This document shows, one piece after another, positions 1 through 10,084 of a stretch of DNA of 64,000 nucleotides (positions are counted from its first letter, which is position 1; the number at the start of each line of letters is the position of its first letter). A program made the translations under genes and the position numbers. Location of the stretch: NCBI GenBank assembly GCA_964619725.1, contig CAZUFC010000006.1, positions 1 through 64,000 on the forward strand. Reading direction: 5' to 3'. The notes beneath the pieces were generated by a model, which made no database searches, was not told the DNA's origin, and saw nothing but the letters and a program-made list of their open reading frames with translations. This DNA is from an uncultured bacterium (GTDB taxonomy: Bacteria > CSSED10-310 > CAZUFC01).

Positions 1-50
1 TGTCCAGCATTAAATTTTGAATCGACAATCGAGTTTATGGACAGGCACTA
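1..50. repeat. ~55-bp palindromic dispersed repeat, copy 1 (left arm cut by the window edge)
   Basis: TGTCCAGCATTAAATTTTGAATCGACAATCGAGTTTATGGACAGGCACTA nearly matches the reverse complement of 29885-29937 and resembles 52562-52618. Its last 3 nt are the stop codon of the 48..2981 gene. Confidence 0.85.
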
Positions 51-2981
51 ATTAGCTGGAATCCAGCTTACATTTCTGTTGGGAAAGACGATTTCCACTA
101 TAATCAGATCGTCAGGATGGAGCGACCCGCTGATGAAGAAAAGCTCGGTGATGTCCTCCGGCAGTTGAATTAGAAGAGGAGGAGTCGATTCCATCGGTAG
201 AATGTTCGCGTGATCGAAAGTGATAAGTTCTCCTCCGCATCGACCGACGATCAGGAGATGCCTCAGGTTGTCATGGTGCATCTCGGACTTGAGTTCCGGA
301 TGCAGTTCGATCGTCATCCCGCCGGCGTGTCTCATCGAAAAAGAAGCAACACCGTCGGAAGTTAAGCGAACACAGTCAGATGCAGATGCAGATTCATATT
401 CTTTTGTTTTAGCGTATGGAGCAAAACCGGTCGGTTTTTGCGGCGGCGTTTCACCGGCGAAGACTTTAATTTCGCTGACGGCCAGAGTTAATTGTCTGGG
501 GTCGTTCCCCGTAAAATAATCGCTGTTTTTAAACGCATCATCTCCAGTTACGAAGACGACCTCGTTGCACCAATCAGATAGAGTTCCTGCTGGAATTTTC
601 AATTCGTAAGAATCCCAGTTCCTCGCTACTTTCAATGTTCCCAGAAACAGCAATTCATCAGGCTTTTTCAGGAATACATCGACTTCATGAGGCACTTCGA
701 TATCCGACAAATAGGACCAGGTTTTCAATTGAAGCGTTAATTCACTTTTTTGCCCGAACAAATAGATGGAAGAGTTTGCACCGTGCATCCAACTGAAACT
801 GGTATGATTATCGTCTCTTTCAGGGATGCTCCATCCCGTCCCCAGCGCACAACGGCCTTCGGGTTCTCCTGGACGTATGTATTGTCCGTCGCCCAGGAAT
901 TGATGAGCAAGAGTGCGCTCCTGCAGCGAAGGTTTTTTGAAAAAGGTGAAACGGCACATAGGAACAGTTTTATCCTGGGCGGCGTACCAGGAGACGCCTG
1001 ATTCTCCGTAGAGCCAGGGAAGGAGTGACAATTTAGCGGTGCCGAGGGGGAAGTAATCTTTTTCCTGTTTTCCGACCAGGAGGGCATCGATATTCAAGGA
1101 GCGCATGATGAAGAAGGCATCGGAATAATCCAGCGTTTCAAACATCCTGATGATTATTTCTTTTCTGCGGAAATAATCCCATCCGTCGCCGACATAAAGC
1201 ACTGAGTGATGTCTGTCGGTAACCCCTGCGGGACGTTGGCTGAAGGCAGGCAGCAGGTGAGCGTTGTGAACGTCCCGGGTGGGCAGGGCTTGCACCAGGC
1301 TCTGACGGGGGAGGTTCTGCGAAGCCCATTGGGCGGCCGCGACATCTTTGTGCAGGAAGAGGGCGCGAAAGCGAGGATGATGCACGTTTATTGAATTATA
1401 AAAATCCATGAAGAGTGTCGGTAAGGCGGGTAATATGAGTACCAAGGCGATCAACGCGTATAGTTTTCTGAATTTTTTCAATGGAGCTGTCGAGGCTGCA
1501 CCGGCGAGCAGCGCGAATTGAACGTTCAGGGCTTGACCGAGTTTAAGGCTGACGTCTCCTTTGTTTTCTTGAAAAGCGATGGTGGACATGAGAAGGAAGC
1601 AGGTGAGGATCAGCAGGGTGATGAAGTGAAGTCCTGGCATCGCCGTCGCCGCCGAAGTTCGATTTTTGTGATGCAGGGTCCATAAACCAATGATTCCCAA
1701 GGGAAGATAGGCGCCGAAATTAACGAGCATAATGGGGACAAAAAGCAAACAGACACGCCATCCTAAAATGAAATGAAAGCGTCCGGCAGCGCTTTCGGCC
1801 ATCTCCATCCACAGAATCAGCAAACCAGTAAGAATAATGGGTAGTGTAAAGGCTGCGATACGGAGCATGCAAGGCAAGCGATCGCTTTTTTTCAGCATGG
1901 AGATAATGCCGGCAAGCCCCAATGCAGCGATGACTGCGAAACCGATAAAAAAATTATAAGCCAGCGCCCCTGCAGCCGCCGTTCCGATAAGAACGGCCCG
2001 AACGCAGGTGATGGATTTGCCTCGCCACAGGAAATGCCACAAGGCCGTTAAAGTCAGGCCGTGACACAGTTGATGCGGAGGAGTATACAGAAAACTTCTG
2101 TACAGGGTGTCCACCTGGAGGGGAAGCCAGCGCCATCTTGTAAACGCGTCTACATTATAATCGGTCCATTGACCGTAAGTTTCAGGATCAAGCGCTGAAT
2201 GAATCAGCACGGCAACTCCTTCATAACTCGTAGCCAATCCCAGTCCGAAAAGAGCAACCAGTCGGCCTTTGGTTGAAGATATCATTCGCCTTGAGATCGA
2301 ATGGAAAGCAAGAAGGAAGCTTAACAGGAAAAAGGTCTGTTGAACTGCAATGACCCGGATCGGCGAACCCCCGGTCTTAAGAAGGTCCAGAGCGGTCCGG
2401 GGAAACAGGTAAAACAGCCAGTAATAATGAAGCCGGTGTCCCGACAGAAAAGGATTCGGCGGCGGCCATTCTCCCGTGCCCAGCGCCCCGGTCACTCCCA
2501 TATGTTTCAACATATCGCCGTAAAAGTAGCTTCGAAACACGATACCCTTCGGAAGGACTTCACCGATCCTGCAGAGAGGCGGAAGAGTAAAAAAGAGCAG
2601 AATACCGGCGAAGAGTGCGAACAAACCCCAATCGCCCGCTGTCCAGGGTCTCGCTGATTGAGCTGAGGCAGAGGAAAAATTTTTCCGGGGCAGAAGAAAA
2701 GCAATAACGGTGATTCCGGAAAGCGACAGAAGCCAGAGTCCAGCCGGTATGTTAAAAAAATAAAGCGCCGACAGATGAATAACCTGTGAAACGAAGAGTC
2801 CCGGCAGTCCGCCCAGCCACAAACCTTCCGGTCTGCGCCATGAAATCGGCGTTACCAGTCGATGATAAAGCGCTATTCCCGGCAAAGCGCTTAAAATCAA
2901 CACCAACAGTCCCGCTCCGGCATCTCTCACTATAATCGATAACGGAACACCAAGCATCCCGGGAGGCATCCAGTGATTCAA
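48..2981 (-). CDS. Large polytopic membrane protein, probable GT-C-fold glycosyltransferase with a C-terminal extracytoplasmic domain
   Basis: 977 aa with more than 12 hydrophobic segments. The first-loop motif GDMLKH...WPPPNPFLSGHRLHYYW is typical of uncharacterised GT-C-like proteins. TTG start with AGGAGG RBS. Confidence 0.6.
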   Translation of the reverse strand: MNHWMPPGMLGVPLSIIVRDAGAGLLVLILSALPGIALYHRLVTPISWRRPEGLWLGGLPGLFVSQVIHLSALYFFNIPAGLWLLSLSGITVIAFLLPRKNFSSASAQSARPWTAGDWGLFALFAGILLFFTLPPLCRIGEVLPKGIVFRSYFYGDMLKHMGVTGALGTGEWPPPNPFLSGHRLHYYWLFYLFPRTALDLLKTGGSPIRVIAVQQTFFLLSFLLAFHSISRRMISSTKGRLVALFGLGLATSYEGVAVLIHSALDPETYGQWTDYNVDAFTRWRWLPLQVDTLYRSFLYTPPHQLCHGLTLTALWHFLWRGKSITCVRAVLIGTAAAGALAYNFFIGFAVIAALGLAGIISMLKKSDRLPCMLRIAAFTLPIILTGLLILWMEMAESAAGRFHFILGWRVCLLFVPIMLVNFGAYLPLGIIGLWTLHHKNRTSAATAMPGLHFITLLILTCFLLMSTIAFQENKGDVSLKLGQALNVQFALLAGAASTAPLKKFRKLYALIALVLILPALPTLFMDFYNSINVHHPRFRALFLHKDVAAAQWASQNLPRQSLVQALPTRDVHNAHLLPAFSQRPAGVTDRHHSVLYVGDGWDYFRRKEIIIRMFETLDYSDAFFIMRSLNIDALLVGKQEKDYFPLGTAKLSLLPWLYGESGVSWYAAQDKTVPMCRFTFFKKPSLQERTLAHQFLGDGQYIRPGEPEGRCALGTGWSIPERDDNHTSFSWMHGANSSIYLFGQKSELTLQLKTWSYLSDIEVPHEVDVFLKKPDELLFLGTLKVARNWDSYELKIPAGTLSDWCNEVVFVTGDDAFKNSDYFTGNDPRQLTLAVSEIKVFAGETPPQKPTGFAPYAKTKEYESASASDCVRLTSDGVASFSMRHAGGMTIELHPELKSEMHHDNLRHLLIVGRCGGELITFDHANILPMESTPPLLIQLPEDITELFFISGSLHPDDLIIVEIVFPNRNVSWIPAN

Positions 2982-3161
2982 GTCAAAACCTCCTGGAGTA
3001 ATCGAAAAGCCAGTTTTAACGGATCATCGCCCAAAATACGCTCATTTCCAGCCGGGAAAGACAACCAGGATCGAAAATACCACAATAATGTAGACAGGCA
3101 AAGGTGAAATCCGAAAAAATCACGAACGAAACAGCTTCGCTCATCACTATTGCAAGAAGTC

Positions 3162-3190
3162 TTGACTTTGTATCGACCGGTGATTATCTT
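3162..3190 (+). promoter_or_regulatory. Putative sigma70 promoter
   Basis: TTGACT-17 nt-TATCTT upstream of the 3275 gene. Confidence 0.5.
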
Positions 3191-3274
3191 GGCAGGGCGA
3201 AGTTAACGTTCAACGGGAGTCTTACGGAATAATGCCCGGAAAACAAAAAGCGGCATTTGCCTCGGTTGCATATC

Positions 3275-4987
3275 ATGTCTAAAGAAAAACAAAGCTTTCC
3301 TCTGAAAAGTCTACTCGTACTCCTGATACCGCTGATCTGTTCCTATTACTTCATCAACGCCTTCCTGCGCCCGGGGCTGCCCACTGGGCACGAAGCCGCA
3401 ATGGACTCCCTGGTCCGACTGGAACAAATGGACTTGGCCGTCCGTGATGGTCATATTCCTCCTCGCTGGATGCCTGACATGAGCGGCGGCTACGGATTGC
3501 CTTTTTTCAGTTTTTACCCGCCGCTTTTTTACTATGTATCTGAAGTTTTCTGTCTTCTGGGGACTAATTGCGTCGATGCGATCAAGGCGGGACTGATCCT
3601 GTTTTTAATTTTTTCCATCGCTTCCATGTTCTTTTTCGCCAGACGATTATGGGGAAACTGGGGCGGCGCCGTTTCAGCAGTCCTGTTCATTTATTCTCCT
3701 TATTACATCGCTGATATTTATATTCGTAATACGCTTGCCGAATACTCTTCATTCGGGTTTCTGCCGGCGCTGTTCTTCTTGGGTCTGAAAACCGCCGAAT
3801 CAAACAAAGTCCGCTGGGGGATTCTCTTTTCTTTGACGCTCGGTCTTTTTTCATTGAGTCATAACGCTATTCTTTTGACCTTTCCTGCTTTTTTCGCCGT
3901 ATATCTCCTTCTTTTATTTTTTCATTTCAAAAAGATCTGCATACTGAGAAAATTTTTGTTTTACGGACTGCTCGGTACCGCACTCGGCGCTTTTTTCTGG
4001 TTTCCCGCCTTAATGGAAAAAGGGCTGACGCATGTGGACAGAATGAGGGAAGGTTATTTTGCAGCGGAGTCCCATTTATTGTATCCGAAACAATTGATCG
4101 ATTTGAAATGGCAGACAGGAGCCAGTTACGGGGCGCGAGAAGACACTTTTCCATTCGGTTTGGGTTTGATCCACATGATAGTAGGCGGCATTTCTCTAAT
4201 TCTGGGCATTCGTTTAAGAAAAGACAGTTCGTTTGTTTTCAAAAACTGGTTGTTCTTCGTCGCATTCATTGCCGTCAATATATTCCTGACCGTTCACTAT
4301 TCCCGGTTTATTTGGAAAAGCGCGCCGATTCTTCAATTCGTTCAATTCCCCTGGCGTCTGCTCGTATTCATCTCTACGGGAATAGCGATACTTGGAGGAG
4401 GCGCGGTCAAAGCATTAACGATAAATACGCCCTTTAACAAACGATTTGTCAAGACAGCGGCTTCACTCATCATCATAATTCTGACGACCTTCCATTACCG
4501 CACTTACTTCAAGTTTCCTCACGACGAAGCATTCCATAACTTCCCGGATTATCACAGGGTTGAGGCCATTTTATGGTTCCTCCACACGACAGCCTCAAAT
4601 GAGTATTTACCGAGACATGTAGATGAAGAGCCTGAGGAGCCTGCCATAAAGAAGATCGAAATAGTCTCCGGCGAAGCGGAAATCAAAGATTTGGAGGAAA
4701 AAGTTCACCGAACGGAGTTTACCGTTGAGTCTGAAGAGGAGACTCGAATCCGTATGAATACTTTCTATTATCCGGGGTGGAGGCTCAGCATTGATGGTCA
4801 GAGGCGGACCATTCAGCCGACGGAGAAAACCGGTCTGATTGAATTCGTTTTGAATCCTGGAATTCATGAGGTGGTCTTAAAGTTTCACCGGACTAATGTG
4901 CGACTGGTTGCCGAGCTTGTGTCTTTGGGGACCTTGCTGGCATTGGCAGGTCTGTCGATATGTCACATTGTAAAGAAAAATTATTGA
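3275..4987 (+). CDS. Membrane GT-C-like protein (PTPS-related membrane protein / YfhO-like family)
   Basis: PPRWMPDMSGGYGLPFFSFYPPL, 'AFFWFPALME', 'QFPWR' and C-terminal 'FYYPGW' are hallmark motifs; multiple TM helices. ATG 3275 preferred over TTG 3257. Confidence 0.75.
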   Translation: MSKEKQSFPLKSLLVLLIPLICSYYFINAFLRPGLPTGHEAAMDSLVRLEQMDLAVRDGHIPPRWMPDMSGGYGLPFFSFYPPLFYYVSEVFCLLGTNCVDAIKAGLILFLIFSIASMFFFARRLWGNWGGAVSAVLFIYSPYYIADIYIRNTLAEYSSFGFLPALFFLGLKTAESNKVRWGILFSLTLGLFSLSHNAILLTFPAFFAVYLLLLFFHFKKICILRKFLFYGLLGTALGAFFWFPALMEKGLTHVDRMREGYFAAESHLLYPKQLIDLKWQTGASYGAREDTFPFGLGLIHMIVGGISLILGIRLRKDSSFVFKNWLFFVAFIAVNIFLTVHYSRFIWKSAPILQFVQFPWRLLVFISTGIAILGGGAVKALTINTPFNKRFVKTAASLIIIILTTFHYRTYFKFPHDEAFHNFPDYHRVEAILWFLHTTASNEYLPRHVDEEPEEPAIKKIEIVSGEAEIKDLEEKVHRTEFTVESEEETRIRMNTFYYPGWRLSIDGQRRTIQPTEKTGLIEFVLNPGIHEVVLKFHRTNVRLVAELVSLGTLLALAGLSICHIVKKNY

Positions 4988-5053
4988 TCATGCTATGCTG
5001 ATTTGTTAATATCACTTCGATGAAGCGAGGATAATGCGGGAGGTACAGGATTT

Positions 5054-6877
5054 ATGAACTTGAAGAGGTTAAAACGATTTAAACTCAAAATTATTTATCT
5101 GCTGTTTTCATTCCTTATGGCCGCGATTTTCATCTTAGCTTTGTCCGAGTCCGCTGTTCTAGCCGGCGAATGGAACCCTCCTCTTTTGGCGACCGAAACG
5201 CCGCTCGAAACGATAACCCCGGGGCCGTCGTCAACGCCTGATGCGACGCCTACGCCGTCAATGCTGACACCTACGCCCGTCATTTCCGTTACCCCGGAGA
5301 TTTCTCCCTTTGCGACCGTCACCCTTGTTCCGACGAATTTTATAACGCCGACGGCGCTTCCTGAACCTGGTATTCCTGAACTGGTTTATCCCGATGATGA
5401 TGCTCGTTTTGGAGCAAGCAGCGTGCCTTTTGCTTTTGAGTGGTCTGAGGTTGAATTTGCGGACAGCTATGAGATAGAAATAGCGATAGATGAGGATTTT
5501 ACGGCCTCTACGGGTTCAATAGCGACGACCGGCACGATATATGATCTGGCGGAAATTATTACTGGTGAAGACTGGGTTGAACTGGTTTTCAGCGCTTTCT
5601 GGAGAGTCAGGGCCGTCAATTCAGCAGGCGCTCCGGGCGAGTGGAGCATTGTGTATGAATTTTCCAAAACCATGATGAATGCGCCTCAAATTATAACACC
5701 TGAAAACGATGCCAGATACGGCATCGGCGATACTCCGCCCTATTTTGAATGGAGCCGTATCGTGAGAGCTAATCTTTACGTTTTTTCATTGTATGGCGAC
5801 CCGGAGTGTGAAAATTATCTGGGTGAACTTGCACTCACGGCCACTACTTTATTTTTGAGCGATTATATTGATCAAGGCGACTGGAATCCGGTCATAGGCA
5901 CTTTTTACTACAGAATCGAACCCGTCAATGAGTACGGTAATCCCGGCCCGAAAAGCGAAGTGCGTTATTTCTCTAAAACGACGATATCCTCTCCGGAAAT
6001 AAAAACCCCCGCAGACGATCATCATTATGCCTCGACCAGCGTGCCGCCGTACCTGGAATGGTCGGCGGTCGGCCAATTCCCTGATTATATGCTGGGCTTT
6101 TCCCCCGATCCCGATTTTACCGAAGATGTTTCCGTACTCGAATGGACCGGTACATCAATCGATTTTTCCGAATACGTTTCGGAAGCGGAGTGGAATGATG
6201 TTTACTTCACCATTTATTGGAGAGCATCGGCGATAGATCAGTACGGCAATCACGGAATATGGAGCGATGCACATTCCTTTACCAAAAACGGTAAATTACG
6301 CTTTATGGCTTACGGAGACAGCATTACAGGCGGATATGGGGCCGCAGACTTTCCGGACACCGGCTATTTTACTTATCTTGAAGCTATGCTGAAAAATATC
6401 TGCCCTGAAGCTGAGGTTGAATCTTACTGGTTCGGAGGCGGAAAATCAGGGTACGGCGACTTGAAACTGCCTGAAGCTATGAGAGAAGTTTGTCCTGATT
6501 ATGTTATGACGCTTTTCGGCACTGTAGATTTGGTCGATCCCAACGGCTGCGATCCGCCTTTCGACTGCAGAACCGTGGAGCATCTCGAAAATATATGTTT
6601 GCAGGTCAGAGAACGAAAAGCCGTTCCCATCATCGGAAAACTGCCGCCGCCTAATCCCGCCGGAACCGCTAGCTCAATGGACGGCATCGTTCAATACAGA
6701 AACTGGGAAATTGAAGAAATGGCTTACATTAACGGCTTCCTGGTCGCTGAAATCTATGACGATTTTCAGGCCGCTTCCTGGGACCTGAGTTCCCTGTTTT
6801 TCGATTATGTGCATCCCAACGATTTCGGGTACCAGGTCATGGCCGAAAGCTGGTTTAATGCCATTATGGGATATTAG
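5054..6877 (+). CDS. Secreted protein: Pro/Thr linker, three tandem FN3/Ig-like repeats, C-terminal SGNH/GDSL hydrolase
   Basis: Signal peptide; TPxP linker; three ~100-aa repeats (EWS...YWRxxA...G...FSKT); GDSIT and DYVHPN catalytic blocks. Confidence 0.75.
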   Translation: MNLKRLKRFKLKIIYLLFSFLMAAIFILALSESAVLAGEWNPPLLATETPLETITPGPSSTPDATPTPSMLTPTPVISVTPEISPFATVTLVPTNFITPTALPEPGIPELVYPDDDARFGASSVPFAFEWSEVEFADSYEIEIAIDEDFTASTGSIATTGTIYDLAEIITGEDWVELVFSAFWRVRAVNSAGAPGEWSIVYEFSKTMMNAPQIITPENDARYGIGDTPPYFEWSRIVRANLYVFSLYGDPECENYLGELALTATTLFLSDYIDQGDWNPVIGTFYYRIEPVNEYGNPGPKSEVRYFSKTTISSPEIKTPADDHHYASTSVPPYLEWSAVGQFPDYMLGFSPDPDFTEDVSVLEWTGTSIDFSEYVSEAEWNDVYFTIYWRASAIDQYGNHGIWSDAHSFTKNGKLRFMAYGDSITGGYGAADFPDTGYFTYLEAMLKNICPEAEVESYWFGGGKSGYGDLKLPEAMREVCPDYVMTLFGTVDLVDPNGCDPPFDCRTVEHLENICLQVRERKAVPIIGKLPPPNPAGTASSMDGIVQYRNWEIEEMAYINGFLVAEIYDDFQAASWDLSSLFFDYVHPNDFGYQVMAESWFNAIMGY

Positions 6878-7046
6878 CGCTTCCCATAACTATGATAAAT
6901 CCCTTATGCTCTTTGCTCATGACCCATCACTTCTGATCTCCTGACATTAATGAAGAAGCAATTGTGTATGGTATTATGGTATCAAGGCTCTGAATGAAAA
7001 AAGTCCCCCTGCTTCCACTGATTGATAGAAGTTAAAAGAACGTTCC

Positions 7047-8648
7047 ATGACCTCGAATATTTCACTCCCGCTCAGTAAAAAACAACAGGTGCTCTTCTTC
7101 GTTCTTTTCCTGGCGATTATTTTCAGCCTCAGTCTGTTCAGTTCATTTAACAAGTCCATCACCTACGATGAACCCAATCATCAGAGATACGGCATAAAAA
7201 TACTGAACCTCAACTCCGACAGAATTGGCCTGTGCCAGGACGGCACCATGCCTGTTTCAGCATTGAACGCCATCCCTGCTTTCGTCAGCTCTCAAATGCA
7301 ACCCGGTCCCTGGAAGGAATTCCTCGGCAAAATGGAAACCGGCCGTTATGCGAGTATCCTCATGACGCTTCTCCTGGCCTTTTTCGTCTTTCAATGGAGC
7401 AAGTCATTATATGGAACCTTACCCGCCTTCTTTTCACTCTTTCTTTTTACGTTTTCGCCTAATATTATCGCTCATTCCCGGCTGATGACGACGGAAATTC
7501 CAGGGACCCTCATGATTACGGCCGCTCTCTATTACTTCTGGAAATTCATGAACGACAAAAGCATCGGAAAAGCCTTCGTGAGCGCATCTGTCCTCGGAAT
7601 CAGCCTACTGACGAAATACACCTGCGTGCTCCTGTTCCCTATATTCCTCATCATATTCATCGTGAATCATTCCAATGAATTAATGATGACGATGCGTCGG
7701 AAGGATTTAAAAAAAGCGGCGAGAGGATGCTTCGCCTTCTTTAAATATTCATTAATCTTCATTATCGCTTCCATCGTGATCCTCAATATAGGATTCCTCT
7801 TTAATCGAACTTTCACGCCTCTGGAAGAATATGAATTCAGAAGCCGGCCTTATAAAAACATGCAGGCGAAACTCGATTTCATGAAACGCGTCCCGGTTCC
7901 CATTCCTTATCCCATTTTATACGGCCTGGACTGGCATACTTTCAGGGAACAGACAGGCGAAGCGTACGGAAATTTCTATCTTCTCGGCGAAATTCAAGAC
8001 GGTAAACCCTTCAGAAATTACTTCTTCATAGGATTCCTGTACAAGGTTCCGCTGGCTGTCCAATTCTTTTTACTGCTTTCCCTGATCCTTTACATCTTTA
8101 AACGGAAATTCCGGACATTTAGAGAAAACGAAACCTTTCTCCTGATTCCTCTGGTTTTCTTCGCCATGTATTTCAATTACTTCTTCAGAATGCAGATAGG
8201 ATTCCGTCATATGCTGGTCGTGTTTCCGCTCATACATGTTTTTTGCGGAAGCCTGGCGACCTTTTTTGCAGATTACGGGAATAAATTTAAAGCTATGGTC
8301 GGCTTATTATCGCTTTACCTGGCCGTTTCAACCCTCTCCTATTTCCCCCATTTCCTTTCCTACTTCAATGAACTGGTATGGGACAGGAAAATGGCTTATA
8401 AAATCATGTCCGACTCGAATCTGGATTGGGGACAGAACCTCCGGTACCTGGAAAAATACCTGGAGAACAATCCTGATGTAATTTTGGAACCCGAAGAGCC
8501 CATAGCGGCCAGGGTCATAGTTCCCGTCAGAGAGCTGACCGGAATTTTCGATGAAGAGAAGTATCGTTGGCTGAGAGAAAACTTCGAGCCCGACGATCAT
8601 GTGGCTTATACTTATCTCCTATATGATTTAAGGCCCTCCGGAGATTGA
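7047..8648 (+). CDS. ArnT/PMT-like GT-C glycosyltransferase
   Basis: TYDEP motif after TM1, FSPNIIAHS, TKYT, QIGFRH, DSNLDWGQ; polytopic. Confidence 0.8.
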   Translation: MTSNISLPLSKKQQVLFFVLFLAIIFSLSLFSSFNKSITYDEPNHQRYGIKILNLNSDRIGLCQDGTMPVSALNAIPAFVSSQMQPGPWKEFLGKMETGRYASILMTLLLAFFVFQWSKSLYGTLPAFFSLFLFTFSPNIIAHSRLMTTEIPGTLMITAALYYFWKFMNDKSIGKAFVSASVLGISLLTKYTCVLLFPIFLIIFIVNHSNELMMTMRRKDLKKAARGCFAFFKYSLIFIIASIVILNIGFLFNRTFTPLEEYEFRSRPYKNMQAKLDFMKRVPVPIPYPILYGLDWHTFREQTGEAYGNFYLLGEIQDGKPFRNYFFIGFLYKVPLAVQFFLLLSLILYIFKRKFRTFRENETFLLIPLVFFAMYFNYFFRMQIGFRHMLVVFPLIHVFCGSLATFFADYGNKFKAMVGLLSLYLAVSTLSYFPHFLSYFNELVWDRKMAYKIMSDSNLDWGQNLRYLEKYLENNPDVILEPEEPIAARVIVPVRELTGIFDEEKYRWLRENFEPDDHVAYTYLLYDLRPSGD

Positions 8649-8651
8649 AAT

Positions 8652-9866
8652 TCAGGGGCAGAAAATTTTTCTTATCTTCTCCATAGCCCAGTCGATCTGC
8701 TCTTTCGTGATAATGAGGGGCGGTGCAATGCGAAGAACGCTTTCGTGAGTTTCTTTGCAGAGCAGTCCTTCTTCCGCTAGTTTTTCGCAGAAGGGTCTTG
8801 CGACGCCGAATTCGGGTTTAATTTCGACGCCTATCAGAAGGCCTTTACCGCGTATTTCCTTGACGAATTTGGAGTTCATGTTTTTCAATTGCTGCATGAA
8901 ATAGTCGCCCAGCTCGGTTGCTTTTCTGTCCATTTCTTCCTCTTCCAGCGACTCCAGGGCGGCCAGTCCGACGGCTGCGCCCAGAGGATTGCCGCCGAAT
9001 GTGCTGCCGTGGTCTCCCGGATGGAAAACCGACATGATTTCACGTGAGGATACGGTGGCGGATACGGGGTATACGCCGCCGCCCAGAGTTTTACCGAGTA
9101 TAAGCATATCGGGTTTGACGCCGTTTTCATGCTGGTAAGCAAAGCGTTTTCCAGTCCGGCAGAGGCCTGTCTGTATTTCATCCAGAACGAACAGCACGTT
9201 GTTCTTTTTACAGATGTCATAGGCTTCCTTCATCCAGCCTTCGGGAGGAACCAGAATACCGCCTTCAGCCTGTATGGGTTCGACCAGGAAAGCTGCGGTG
9301 TTTTCCGTTATGGCGATTCTGAGTGCGCTGATGTCGCCGAAAGGTATCATGAGGAATCCGGGAGTAAAAGGACCGAATCCCGCTTTATATTGATCTTCAG
9401 AAGAAAAACCTACGATCGTGGTTGTCCGTCCGTGAAAATTGTTTTCGCAGACGATAATTTCCGCCTTGTTTTCCTCTATGCCCTTCTTTTCGTAACCCCA
9501 TTTTCTGACCGTTTTTATGGCCGTTTCAACCGCTTCGGCTCCGGTATTCATAGGCAGGGCCATCTCCATGTCGCAATATTCCACCAGCTTTTTCAAAAAA
9601 CGTCCCATCATGTCGTTGTGGAAAGCACGTGAGGTCAAAGTCACTCTGTCGGCCTGCTGCTTCAAAGCTTTAACAATCCTGGGATGCCGGTGACCGTGAC
9701 TCAATGCCGAATAAGCGCTCAAAAAATCCATGTATTTGTTTCCATCCGCATCCCATACCCAGCACCCTTCTCCTTCATTGATTACAACGGGCAACGGATG
9801 ATAATTCGAGGCGCTGTAAGTTTCCGCTTCATGTATGTACTTTCGCGTTTCTTCACCGATTTTCAT
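8652..9866 (-). CDS. rocD: Ornithine--oxo-acid aminotransferase
   Basis: NYHPLPVV, MDFLSAYSA, EPIQAEGG, DEIQTGL, LGKTLGGG (PLP lysine), HGSTFGGNPL. ATG 9866 has an AGGAGG RBS. Confidence 0.92.
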   Translation of the reverse strand: MKIGEETRKYIHEAETYSASNYHPLPVVINEGEGCWVWDADGNKYMDFLSAYSALSHGHRHPRIVKALKQQADRVTLTSRAFHNDMMGRFLKKLVEYCDMEMALPMNTGAEAVETAIKTVRKWGYEKKGIEENKAEIIVCENNFHGRTTTIVGFSSEDQYKAGFGPFTPGFLMIPFGDISALRIAITENTAAFLVEPIQAEGGILVPPEGWMKEAYDICKKNNVLFVLDEIQTGLCRTGKRFAYQHENGVKPDMLILGKTLGGGVYPVSATVSSREIMSVFHPGDHGSTFGGNPLGAAVGLAALESLEEEEMDRKATELGDYFMQQLKNMNSKFVKEIRGKGLLIGVEIKPEFGVARPFCEKLAEEGLLCKETHESVLRIAPPLIITKEQIDWAMEKIRKIFCP

Positions 9867-10084
9867 CTTAAATGCCTCCTGGCGCTGATTGTGTTTTCTC
9901 TCATAAGAGACTCCTCCTAAACCATACGCCTGCCCCGGCGAAAAGGTCAAGCCGATAATAAGCCCCGGCCCGGAAATTCCTACTGCAATCGACGTTTCCG
10001 AAGGGCTCTGACCCCCTCGTCAGGCCTTGCTTTTTCGATTATCCTGTTGAAATGATTCTGTTTTTTTTGTATTCATTAGAGGCC

